This document shows, piece by piece, positions 41,301 to 54,400 of a DNA stretch of 64,000 nt. A model generated the notes under the pieces. The model was not told the origin of the DNA. It worked only from the letters and a program-made list of their open reading frames with translations, and ran no database searches. The stretch's first letter is position 1. Each line of letters starts with the position of its first letter. This stretch comes from Eledone cirrhosa (lineage: Eukaryota): positions 22,320,001-22,384,000 of the forward strand of contig OZ024744.1 of NCBI GenBank assembly GCA_964016885.1, given 5' to 3'. The position numbers and the translations under genes were made by a program.

Positions 41301-44300
41301 GTGGGATGTTGTCGTGGTGGTCAGTTAGGTTGACATAGATAACATTGGTGAGATGTTGTCGTGGTGGTCAGTTAGGTTGACATAGATAAAATTGGTGAGA
41401 TGTTGTCGTGGTGGTCAGTTAGGTTGACACAGATAACATAGGTGGGATGTTGTCGTGGTGGTCAGTTAGGTTGACATAGATAACATAGAGTGAGATGTTG
41501 TCGTGGTGGTCAGGTAGGTTGACATAGATAACATAGGTGGGATGTTGTTGTGGTGGTCAGTTAGGTTGACATAGATAACATTGGTGTGTTGTTGTAGTGG
41601 TGGTCAGTTAGGTTGACATAGATAACATTTGTGAGATGTTGTCATGGTGGTCAGTTAGGTTGACACAGATAACATAGTTGGGATGTTGTCGTGGTGGTCA
41701 GTTAGGTTGACAGAGATAACATAGAGTGAGATGTTGTCGTGGTGGTCAGTTAGGTTGACATAGATAACATAGGTTGGATGTTGTCGTGGTGGTCAGTTAG
41801 GTTGACATAGATAACATAGAGTGAGATGTTGTCGTGGTCAGTTAGTTTGACATAGATAACATAGGTGGGATGTTGTCGTGGTCAGTTAGGTTGACATAGA
41901 TAACATAGGTGGGATGTTGTCGTGGTGGTCAGTTAGGTTGACATAGATTACATAGGTGGGATGTTGACATGGTCAGTTAGGTTGACGTAGATAACATAGA
42001 GTGAGATGTTGTCGTGGTGGTCAGTTAGGTTGGCATAGATACCATAGAGTGAGATGTTGTCGTGGTGGTCAGTTAGGTTGACATAGATAACATAGGTGGG
42101 ATGTTGTCATGGTCAGTTAGGTTGCCATAGATAACATAGAGTGAGATGATGTCGTGATGGTCAGTTAGTTTGACATTGATAACATAGAGTGAGATGTTGT
42201 CGTGGTGGTCAGTTAGGTTGACATAGATAACATAGGTGAGATGTTGTCGTGGTGGTCAGTTAGGTTGACATAGATAACATAGGTGGGATGTTGTCGTGGT
42301 GGTCAGTTAGGTTGACATAGATAATATAGGTTGGATATTGTCGTGGTAGTCAGTTATGTTGACATAGATAACATAGAGTGAGATGTTGTCGTGGTGGTCA
42401 GTTAGCTTGACATAGATAACATAGAGTGACATGTTGTCGTGGTGGTCAGTTAGGTTGACATAGATAACATAGAGTGAGATGTTGTCGTGGTGGTCAGTTA
42501 GGTTGACATAGATAACATAGGGTGAGATGTTGTCGTGGTGGTCAGTTAGGTTGACATAGATAACATAGGGTGAGATGTTGTCGTGGTGGTCAGTTAGGTT
42601 GACATAGATAACATAGGGTGAGATGTTGTCGTGGTGGTCAGTTAGGTTGAAATAGATAACATAGGTGGGATGTTGTCATGGTCAGTTAGGTTGACATAGA
42701 TAACATATGTGGGATGTTGTCCTGGTGGTCAGTTAGGTTGACATACATAACATAGAGTGAGATGTTGTCGTGGTGGTCAGTTAGGTTGACATAGATAACA
42801 TATTTGAGATGTTGTCGCGGTCGGTTAGGTTGACATAGATAACATAGAGTGAGATGTTGTCGTGGTGGTCAGTTAGGTTGACATAGATAACATAGGTGGG
42901 ATGTTGTCGTGGTCAGTTAGATTGACATAGATAACATAGGTGGGATGTTGTCGTGGTCAGTTAGGTTGATATAGATAACATTGAGTGAGATGTTGTCGTC
43001 GTGGTCAGTTAGGTTGACATAGATAATATAGAGTGAGATGTTGTCGTGGTCAGTTAGGTTGACATATATAACATAGAGTGAGATGTTGTCGTGGTGGTCA
43101 GTTAGGTTGACATAGATAACATAGGTGGGATGTTGTCGTGGTGGTCAGTTAGTTTGACATAGAGAACATAGGTGAGATGTTGTCGTGGTGGTCAGTTAGG
43201 TTGACATAGATAACATAGAGTGAGATGTTGTCGTGGTGGTCAGTTAGGTTGACATAGATAACATAGAGTGAGATGTTGTCGTGGTGGTCAGTTAGGTTGA
43301 CATAGATAACATAGGTGGGATGTTGTCATGGTCAGTTAGGTTGCCATAGATAACATAGAGTGAGATGATGTCGTGATGGTCAGTTAGTTTGACATTGATA
43401 ACATAGAGTGAGATGTTGTCGTGGTGGTCAGTTAGGTTGACATAGATAACATAGGTGAGATGTTGTCGTGGTGGTCAGTTAGGTTGACATAGATAACATA
43501 GGTGGGATGTTGTCGTGGTAGTCAGTTATGTTGACATAGATAACATAGAGTGAGATGTTGTCGTGGTGGTCAGTTAGGTTGACATAGATAACATAGAGTG
43601 AGATGTTGTCGTGGTGGTCAGTTAGGTTGACATAGATAACATAGGTGGAATGTTGTCGTGGTGGTCAGTTAGTTTGACATAGAGAACATAGGTGAGATGT
43701 TGTCGTGGTGGTCAGTTAGGTTGACATAGATAACATAGATTGAGATGTTGTCGTGGTGGTCAGATAGGTTGACATAGATAACATAGAGTGAGATGTTGTC
43801 GTGGTGGTCAGTTAGGTTGACATCGATAACATAGGTGGGATGTTGTCGTGGTGGTCAGTTAGGTTGACATAGATAACATAGAGTGAGATGTTGTCGTGGT
43901 GGTCTTTTAGGTTGACATTGATAACATAGGTGGAATGTTGTCGTGGTGGTCAGTTAGGTTGATATAGATAACATAGAGTGAGATGTTGTCGTGGTGGTCA
44001 GTTACGTTGACATAGATAACATAGGTGGGATGTTGTCGTGGTGGTCAGTTAGGTTGACATAGATAACAGGTTGGATATTGTCGTGGTAGTCAGTTAGGTT
44101 GACATAGATAACATAGAGTGAGATGTTGTCGTGGTGGTCAGTTAGCTTGACATAGATAACATAGAGTGAGATGTTGTCGTGGTGGTCAGTTAGGTTGACA
44201 TAGATAACATAGAGTGAGATGTTGTCGTGGTGGTCAGTTAGGTTGACATAGATAACATGGAGTGAGATGTTGTCGTGGTGGTCAGTTAGGTTGACATAGA

Positions 44301-44935
44301 TAACATAGGGTGAGATGTTGTCGTGGTGGTCAGTTAGGTTGACATAGATAACATAGGGTGAGATGTCGTCGTGGTGGTCAGTTAGGTTGACATAGATAAC
44401 ATAGGTGGTATGTTGTCATGGTCAGTTATGTTGACATAGATAACATAGGTGGGATGTTGTCCTGGTGGTCAGTTAGGTTGATATACATAACATAGAGTGA
44501 GATGTTGTCGTGGTGGTCAGTTAGGTTGATATACATAACATAGAGTGAGATGTTGTCGTGGTGGTCAGTTAGGTTGACATAGATAACATAGGTGGGATCT
44601 TGTCGTGGTCAGTTAGATTGACATAGATAACATAGGTGGGATGTTGTCGTGGTCAGTTAGGTTGACATAGATAACATTGAGTGAGATGTTGTCGTCGTGG
44701 TCAGTTAGGTTGACATAGATAACATAGGTGGGATGTTGTCGTGGTGGTCAGTTAGTTTGACATAGAGAACATAGGTGAGATGTTGTCGTGGTGGTCAGTT
44801 AGGTTGACATAGATAACATAGAGTGAGATGTTGTCGTGGTGGTCAGTTAGGTTGACATAGATAACATAGAGTGAGATGTTGTCGTGGTGGTCAGTTAGGT
44901 TGACATAGATAACATAGAGTGAGATGTTGTCGTGG
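37350..44935 (+). repeat. Higher-order tandem duplication, period about 3.8 kb
   Basis: gatagctgga at 37469/41277 and gacagagata at 37901/41709 (offset 3808). The variant order continues downstream with a monomer-sized indel. Confidence 0.75.
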
Positions 44936-46769
44936 TGGTCTTTTAGGTTGACATTGATAACATAGGTGGGATGTTGTCGTGGTGGTCAGTTAGGTTGACA
45001 TAGATAACATAGGTGGGATGTTGTCGTGGTGGTCAGTTACGTTGACATAGATAACATAGAGTGATATGTTGTCGTGGTGGTCAGTTAGGTTGACATAGAT
45101 AACAGAGTGATATGTTGTCGTGGTGGTCAGTTAGGTTGACATAGATAATATTGGTGGGATGTTGTCGTGGTCAGTTAGGTTGACAGATAATATTGGTGGG
45201 ATGTTGTCGTGGTCAGTTAGGTTGACATAGATAACATAGAGTGAGATGTTGTCGTGGTGGACAGTTCGGTTGACATTGATAACATAGAGTGAGATGTTGT
45301 CGTGGTGGTCAGTTAGGTTGACATAGATAACATAGAGTGAGATGTTGTCGTGGTGGTCAGTTAGGTTGACATAGATAACATAGAGTGAGATGTTGTCGTG
45401 GTCAGTTAGGTTGACATAGATAACATAGGTGGGATGTTGTCGTGGTCATTTAGGTTGACATAGATAACATAGGTGGGATGTTGTCGTGGTGGTCAGTTAG
45501 GTTGACATAGATTACATAGGTGGGATGTTGTCATGTTCAGTTAGGTTGCCATAGATAACATAGAGTGAGATGATGTCGTGGTGGTCAGTTAGTTTGACAT
45601 TGATAACATAGAGTGAGATGTTGTCGTGGTGGTCAGTTAGGTTGACATAGATAACATAGAGTGGGATGTTTTCGTGGTCGGTTAGGTTGACATACATAAC
45701 ATAGAGTGAGATGTTGTCGTGGTGGTCAGTTAGGTTGACATAGATAACATAGGTGAGATGTTGTCGTGGTGGTCAGTTAGGTTGATATAGATAACATAGA
45801 GTGAGATGTTGTCGTGGTGGTCAGTTAGGTTGACATAGATAACATAGGTGGGCTGTTGTCGAGTTGGTCAGTTAGGTTGACATAGATAACATAGGTGGGA
45901 TGTTGTCGTGGTGGTCAGTTAGGTTGACATAGATAACATAGAGTGAGATGTTGTCGTGGTGGTCAGTTAGGTTGACATAGATAACATAGAGTGAGATGTT
46001 GTCGTGGTTGTCAGTTAGGTTGACATAGATAACATAGAGTGAGATGTTGTCGTGGTGGTCAGTTAGGTTGACATAGATAACATAGGTGGGATGTTGTCGT
46101 GGTGGTCAGTTAGGTTGACATAGATAACATAGGTGGGATGTTGTCGTGGTCAGTTTAGTTGACATATATAACATAGGTGGGATGTTGTCGTGGTCAGTTA
46201 GGTTGACATAGATAACATAGAGTGAGATGTTGTCGTGGTGGTCAGTTAGGTTTACATAGATAACATAGGTGAGATGTTGTCGTGGTCAGTTAGGTTGACA
46301 TAGATAACATAGAGTGAGATGTTGTCGTCGTGGTCAGTTAGGCTGACATAGAGAGAATAGAGTGAGATGTTGTCGTGGTCAGTTAGGTTGACATAGATAA
46401 CATAGAGTGAGATGTTGTCGTGGTGGTCAGTTTGGTTGACATAGATAACATAGGTGGGATGTTGTCGTGGTGGTCAGTTACGTTGACATAGATAACATAG
46501 GTGAGATGTTGTCGTGGTGGTCAGTTAGGTTGACATAGATAACATAGAGTGAGATGTTGTCGTGGTGGTCAGTTAGGTTGACATAGATAACATAGGTGGG
46601 ATGTTGTCGTGGTGGTCAGTTAGGTTGACATAGATAACATAGGTGGGATGTTTTCGTGGTCGGTTAGGTTGAAATACATAACATAGAGTGAGATGTTGTC
46701 GTGGTGGTCAGTTAGGTTGACATAGAGAGAATAGAGTGAGATGTTGTCGTGGTCAGTTAGGTTGACATA

Positions 46770-49700
46770 GATAACATAGAGTGAGATGTTGTCGTGGTGG
46801 TCAGTTAGGTTGACATAGATAACATAGGTGGGATGTTGTCGTGGTGGTCAGTTAGGTTGACATAGATAACATAGGTGGGATGTTGTCGTGGTCAGTTTAG
46901 TTGACGTATATAACATAGGTGGGATGTTGTCGTGGTCAGTTAGGTTGACATAGATAACATAGAGTGAGATGTTGTCGTGGTGGTCAGTTAGGTTTACATA
47001 GATAACATAGGTGGGATGTTGTCGTGGTCAGTTAGGTTGACATAGATAACATAGAGTGAGATGTTGTCGTCGTGGTCAGTTAGGCTGACATAGAGAGAAT
47101 AGAGTGAGATGTTGTCGTGGTCAGTTAGGTTGACATAGATAACATAGAGTGAGATGTTGTCGTGGTGGTCAGTTTGGTTGACATAGATAACATAGGTGGG
47201 ATGTTGTCGTGGTGGTCAGTTACGTTGACATAGATAACATAGGTGAGATGTTGTCGTGGTGGTCAGTTAGGTTGACATAGATAACATAGAGTGAGATGTT
47301 GTCGTGGTGGTCAGTTAGGTTGACATAGATAACATAGAGTGAGATGTTGTCGTGGTGGTCAGATAGGTTGACATAGATAACATAGAGTGAGATGTTGTCG
47401 TGGTGGTCAGTTAGGTTGACATAGATAACATAGGTGGGATGTTGTCATGTTCAGTTAGGTTGCCATAGATAACATAGAGTGAGATGATGTCGTGGTGGTC
47501 AGTTAGTTTGACATTGATAACATAGAGTGAGATGTTGTCGTGGTGGTCAGTTAGGTTGACATAGATAACATAGAGTGGGATGTTTTCGTGGTCGGTTAGG
47601 TTGACATACATAACATAGAGTGAGATGTTGTCGTGGTGGTCAGTTAGGTTGACATAGATAACATAGGTGAGATGTTGTCGTGGTGGTCAGTTAGGTTGAT
47701 ATAGATAACATAGAGTGAGATGTTGTCGTGGTGGTCAGTTAGGTTGACATAGATAACATAGGTGGGCTGTTGTCGAGTTGGTCAGTTAGGTTGACATAGA
47801 TAACATAGGTGGGATGTTGTCGTGGTGGTCAGTTAGGTTGACATAGATAACATAGAGTGAGATGTTGTCGTGGTGGTCAGTTAGGTTGACATAGATAACA
47901 TAGAGTGAGATGTTGTCGTGGTTGTCAGTTAGGTTGACATAGATAACATAGAGTGAGATGTTGTCGTGGTGGTCAGTTAGGTTGACATAGATAACATAGG
48001 TGGGATGTTGTCGTGGTGGTCAGTTAGGTTGACATAGATAACATAGGTGGGATGTTGTCGTGGTCAGTTTAGTTGACATATATAACATAGGTGGGATGTT
48101 GTCGTGGTCAGTTAGGTTGACATAGATAACATAGAGTGAGATGTTGTCGTGGTGGTCAGTTAGGTTTACATAGATAACATAGGTGGGATGTTGTCGTGGT
48201 CAGTTAGGTTGACATAGATAACATAGAGTGAGATGTTGTCGTCGTGGTCAGTTAGCCTGACATAGAGAGAATAGAGTGAGATGTTGTCGTGGTCAGTTAG
48301 GTTGACATAGATAACATAGAGTGAGATGTTGACGTGGTGGTCAGTTTGGTTGACATAGATAACATAGGTGGGATGTTGTCGTGGTGGTCAGTTACGTTGA
48401 CATAGATAACATAGGTGAGATGTTGTCGTGGTGGTCAGTTAGGTTGACATAGATAACATAGAGTGAGATGTTGTCGTTGTGGTCAGTTAGGTTGACATAG
48501 ATAACATAGAGTAAGATGTTGTCGTGGTGGTCAGTTAGGTTGACACAGATAACATAGGTGGGATGTTGTCGTGGTGGTCAGTTAGGTTGACATAGATAAC
48601 ATAGAGTGAGATGTTGTCGTGGTGGTCAGGTAGGTTGACATAGATAACATAGGTGGGATGTTGTTGTGGTGGTCAGTTAGGTTGACATAGATAACATTGG
48701 TGTGTTGTTGTAGTGGTGGTCAGTTAGGTTGACATAGATAACATTTGTGAGATGTTGTCATGGTGGTCAGTTAGGTTGACACAGATAACATAGTTGGGAT
48801 GTTGTCGTGGTGGTCAGTTAGGTTGACATAGATAACATAGAGTGAGATGTTGTCGTGGTGGTCAGTTAGGTTGACATAGATAACATAGAGTGAGATGTTG
48901 TCGTGGTCAGTTAGGTTGACATAGATAACATAGGTGGGATGTTGACATGGTCATTTAGGTTGACATAGATAACATAGAGTGAGATGTTGTCGTGGTGGTC
49001 AGTTAGATCGACATGGATAACATAGAGTGACATGTTGTCGTGGTGGTCAGTTAGGTTGACATATATAACATAGAGTGAGATGTTTTCGTGGTGGTCAGTT
49101 AGGTTGACATAGATAACATAGAGTGAGATGTTGTCGTGGTGGTCAGTTAGGTTGACATAGATAACATAGGTGGGATGTTGTCGTGGTGGTCAGTTAGGTT
49201 GACATAGATAACATAGGTGGGATGTTGTCGTGGTCAGTTTAGTTGACGTATATAACATAGGTGGGATGTTGTCGTGGTCAGTTAGGTTGACATAGATAAC
49301 ATAGAGTGAGATGTTGTCGTGGTGGTCAGTTAGGTTTACATAGATAACATAGGTGGGATGTTGTCGTGGTCAGTTAGGTTGACATAGATAACATAGAGTG
49401 AGATGTTGTCGTCGTGGTCAGTTAGGCTGACATAGAGAGAATAGAGTGAGATGTTGTCGTGGTCAGTTAGGTTGACATAGATAACATAGAGTGAGATGTT
49501 GTCGTGGTGGTCAGTTTGGTTGACATAGATAACATAGGTGGGATGTTGTCGTGGTGGTCAGTTACGTTGACATAGATAACATAGGTGAGATGTTGTCGTG
49601 GTGGTCAGTTAGGTTGACATAGATAACATAGAGTGAGATGTTGTCGTGGTGGTCAGTTAGGTTGACATAGATAACATAGAGTGAGATGTTGTCGTGGTGG

Positions 49701-51490
49701 TCAGATAGGTTGACATAGATAACATAGAGTGAGATGTTGTCGTGGTGGTCAGTTAGGTTGACATAGATAACATAGGTGGGATGTTGTCATGTTCAGTTAG
49801 GTTGCCATAGATAACATAGAGTGAGATGATGTCGTGGTGGTCAGTTAGTTTGACATTGATAACATAGAGTGAGATGTTGTCGTGGTGGTCAGTTAGGTTG
49901 ACATAGATAACATAGAGTGGGATGTTTTCGTGGTCGGTTAGGTTGACATACATAACATAGAGTGAGATGTTGTCGTGGTGGTCAGTTAGGTTGACATAGA
50001 TAACATAGGTGAGATGTTGTCGTGGTGGTCAGTTAGGTTGATATAGATAACATAGAGTGAGATGTTGTCGTGGTGGTCAGTTAGGTTGACATAGATAACA
50101 TAGGTGGGCTGTTGTCGAGTTGGTCAGTTAGGTTGACATAGATAACATAGGTGGGATGTTGTCGTGGTGGTCAGTTAGGTTGACATAGATAACATAGAGT
50201 GAGATGTTGTCGTGGTGGTCAGTTAGGTTGACATAGATAACATAGAGTGAGATGTTGTCGTGGTTGTCAGTTAGGTTGACATAGATAACATAGAGTGAGA
50301 TGTTGTCGTGGTGGTCAGTTAGGTTGACATAGATAACATAGGTGGGATGTTGTCGTGGTGGTCAGTTAGGTTGACATAGATAACATAGGTGGGATGTTGT
50401 CGTGGTCAGTTTAGTTGACATATATAACATAGGTGGGATGTTGTCGTGGTCAGTTAGGTTGACATAGATAACATAGAGTGAGATGTTGTCGTGGTGGTCA
50501 GTTAGGTTTACATAGATAACATAGGTGGGATGTTGTCGTGGTCAGTTAGGTTGACATAGATAACATAGAGTGAGATGTTGTCGTCGTGGTCAGTTAGCCT
50601 GACATAGAGAGAATAGAGTGAGATGTTGTCGTGGTCAGTTAGGTTGACATAGATAACATAGAGTGAGATGTTGACGTGGTGGTCAGTTTGGTTGACATAG
50701 ATAACATAGGTGGGATGTTGTCGTGGTGGTCAGTTACGTTGACATAGATAACATAGGTGAGATGTTGTCGTGGTGGTCAGTTAGGTTGACATAGATAACA
50801 TAGAGTGAGATGTTGTCGTTGTGGTCAGTTAGGTTGACATAGATAACATAGAGTAAGATGTTGTCGTGGTGGTCAGTTAGGTTGACACAGATAACATAGG
50901 TGGGATGTTGTCGTGGTGGTCAGTTAGGTTGACATAGATAACATAGAGTGAGATGTTGTCGTGGTGGTCAGGTAGGTTGACATAGATAACATAGGTGGGA
51001 TGTTGTTGTGGTGGTCAGTTAGGTTGACATAGATAACATTGGTGTGTTGTTGTAGTGGTGGTCAGTTAGGTTGACATAGATAACATTTGTGAGATGTTGT
51101 CATGGTGGTCAGTTAGGTTGACACAGATAACATAGTTGGGATGTTGTCGTGGTGGTCAGTTAGGTTGACATAGATAACATAGAGTGAGATGTTGTCGTGG
51201 TGGTCAGTTAGGTTGACATAGATAACATAGAGTGAGATGTTGTCGTGGTCAGTTAGGTTGACATAGATAACATAGGTGGGATGTTGACATGGTCATTTAG
51301 GTTGACATAGATAACATAGAGTGAGATGTTGTCGTGGTGGTCAGTTAGATCGACATGGATAACATAGAGTGACATGTTGTCGTGGTGGTCAGTTAGGTTG
51401 ACATATATAACATAGAGTGAGATGTTTTCGTGGTGGTCAGTTAGGTTGACATAGATAACATAGAGTGAGATGTTGTCGTGGTGGTCAGTT
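46770..51490 (+). repeat. Higher-order tandem duplication, period 2342 bp
   Basis: Identical ORFs at 47411/49753. The divergent patch cattggtgtgttgttgtagt lies at 48695/51037 (offset 2342). Confidence 0.88.
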
Positions 51491-54400
51491 AGGTTGACAT
51501 AGATAACATAGGTTGGATGTTGTCGTGGTGGTCAGTTAGGTTGACATAGATAACATAGAGTGAGATGTTGTCATGGTGGTCAGTTAGCTTGACATAGATA
51601 ACATAGAGTGAGGTGTTGTCGTGGTGGTCAGTTAGGTCGACATAGATAACATAGAGTGACATGTTGTCGTGGTGGTCAGTTAGGTTGACATATAACATAG
51701 AGTGAGATGTTGTCGTGGTGGTCAGTTAGGTTGACGTAGATAACATAGAGTGAGATGTTGTCGTGGTGGTCAGTTAGGTTGACATAGATAACATGGAGTG
51801 AGATGTTGTCGTGGTGGTCAGTTAGCTTGACATAGATAACATAGAGTGAGATGTTGTCGTGGTGGTCAGTTAGGTTGACATAGATAACATAGGGTGAGAT
51901 GTTGTCGTGGTGGTCAGTTAGGTTGACATAGATAACATAGGGTGAGATGTTGTCGTGGTGGTCAGTTAGGTTGACATAGATAACATAGGTGGGATGTTGT
52001 CGTGGTGGTCAGTTAGTTTGACATAGAGAACATAGGTGAGATGTTGTCGTGGTGGTCAGTTAGGTTGACATAGATAACATAGAGTGAGATGTTGTCGTGG
52101 TGGTCAGTTAGGTTGACATAGATAACATAGAGTGAGATGTTGTCGTGGTGTTCAGTTAGGTTGACATAGATAACATAGGTGGGATGTTGTCGTGGTGGTC
52201 AGTTAGGTTGACATAGATAACATAGAGTGAGATGTTGTCGTGGTGGTCTTTTAGGATGACATTGATAACATAGGTGGGATGTTGTCGTGGTGGTCTGTTA
52301 GGTTGATATAGATAACATAGAGTGAAATTTTGTCGTGGTGGTCAGTTACGTTGACATAGATAACATAGGTGGGATGTTGTCGTGGTGGTCAGTTAGGTTG
52401 ACATAGATAACATAGAGTGAGATGTTGTCGTGGTGGTCAGTTAGGTTGACATAGATAACATAGAGTGAGATGTTGTCCTGGTGGTCAGTTAGGTTGACAT
52501 AGATAACATGGAGTGAGATGTTGTCGTGGTGGTCAGTTAGGTTGACATAAATAACATAGGGTGAGATGTTGTCGTGGTGGTCAGTTAGGTTGACATAGAT
52601 AACATAGGGTGAGATGTCGTCGTGGTGGTCAGTTAGGTTGACATAGATAACATAGGTGGGATGTTGTCATGGTCAGTTAGGTTGACATAGATAACATAGG
52701 TGGGATGTTGTCCTGGTGGTCAGTTAGGTTGACATAGATAACATAGAGTGACATGTTGTCGTGGTGGTCAGTTAGGTTGATATATATAACATAGAGTGAG
52801 ATGTTGTCGTGGTGGTCAGTTAGATCGACATGGATAACATAGAGTGACATGTTGTCGTGGTGGTCAGTTAGGTTGACATATATAACATAGAGTGAGATGT
52901 TTTCGTGGTGTTCAGTTAGGTTGACATAGATAACATACAGTGAGATGTTGTCGTGGTGGTAAGTTAGGTTGACATAGATAACATAGGTTGGATGTTGTCG
53001 TGGTGGTCAGTTAGCTTGACATAGATAACATAGAGTGAGGTGTTGTCGTGGTGGTCAGTTAGGTCGACATAGATAACATAGAGTGACATGTTGTCGTGGT
53101 GGTCAGTTAGGTTGACATATAACATAGAGTGAGATGTTGTCGTGGTGGTCAGTTAGGTTGACGTAGATAACATAGAGTGAGATGTTGTCGTGGTGGTCAG
53201 TTAGGTTGACATAGATAACATAGAGTGAGATGTTGTCGTGGTGGTCAGTTAGGTTGACATAGATAACATAGAGTGAGATGTTGTCGTGGTGGTCAGATAG
53301 GTTGACATAGATAACATAGAGTGAGATGTTGTCGTGGTGGTCAGTTAGGTTGACATAGATAACATAGGTGGGATGTTGTCATGGTCAGTTAGGTTGCCAT
53401 AGATAACATAGAGTGAGATGATGTCGTGATGGTCAGTTAGTTTGACATTGATAAGATAGAGTGAGATGTTGTCGTGGTGGTCAGTTAGGTTGACATAGAT
53501 AACATAGGTGAGATGTTGTCGTGGTGGTCAGTTAGGTTGACATAGATAACATGGAGTGAGATGTTGTCGTGGTGGTCAGTTAGGTTGACATAGATAACAT
53601 AGGGTGAGATGTTGTCGTGGTGGTCAGTTAGGTTGACATAGATAACATAGAGTGAGATGTTGTCGTGGTGGTCAGTTAGGTTGACATAGATAACATAGAG
53701 TGAGATGTTGTCGTGGTGGTCAGTTAGGTTGACATAGATAACATGGAGTGAGATGTTGTCGTGGTGGTCAGTTAGGTTGACATAGATAACATAGGGTGAG
53801 ATGTTGTCGTGGTGGTCAGTTAGGTTGACATAGATAACATAGGGTGAGATGTTGTCGTGGTGGTCAGTTAGGTTGAAATAGATAACATAGGTGGGATGTT
53901 GTCATGGTCAGTTAGGTTGACATAGATAACATATGTGGGATGTTGTCCTGGTGGTCAGTTAGGTTGACATACATAACATAGAGTGAGATGTTGTCGTGGT
54001 GGTCAGTTAGGTTGACATAGATAACATATTTGAGATGTTGTCGCGGTCGGTTAGGTTGACATAGATAACATAGAGTGAGATGTTGTCGTGGTGGTCAGTT
54101 AGGTTGACATAGATAACATAGGTGGGATGTTGTCGTGGACAGTTAGATTGACATAGATAACATAGGTGGGATGTTGTCGTGGTCAGTTAGGTTGATATAG
54201 ATAACATTGAGTGAGATGTTGTCGTCGTGGTCAGTTAGGTTGACATAGATAATATAGAGTGAGATGTTGTCGTGGTCAGTTAGGTTGACATATATAACAT
54301 AGAGTGAGATGTTGTCGTGGTGGTCAGTTAGGTTGACATAGATAACATAGGTGGGATGTTGTCGTGGTGGTCAGTTAGTTTGACATAGAGAACATAGGTG

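Noticed and set aside
282-51698. Ten minus-strand ORFs of 61-99 aa as protein-coding genes
   Set aside because: They are translations of 4-6 consecutive in-frame satellite monomers. Their starts come from sporadic point variants and their ends from the frequent 1-bp indel. They have no unique flanks and no recognisable domain.
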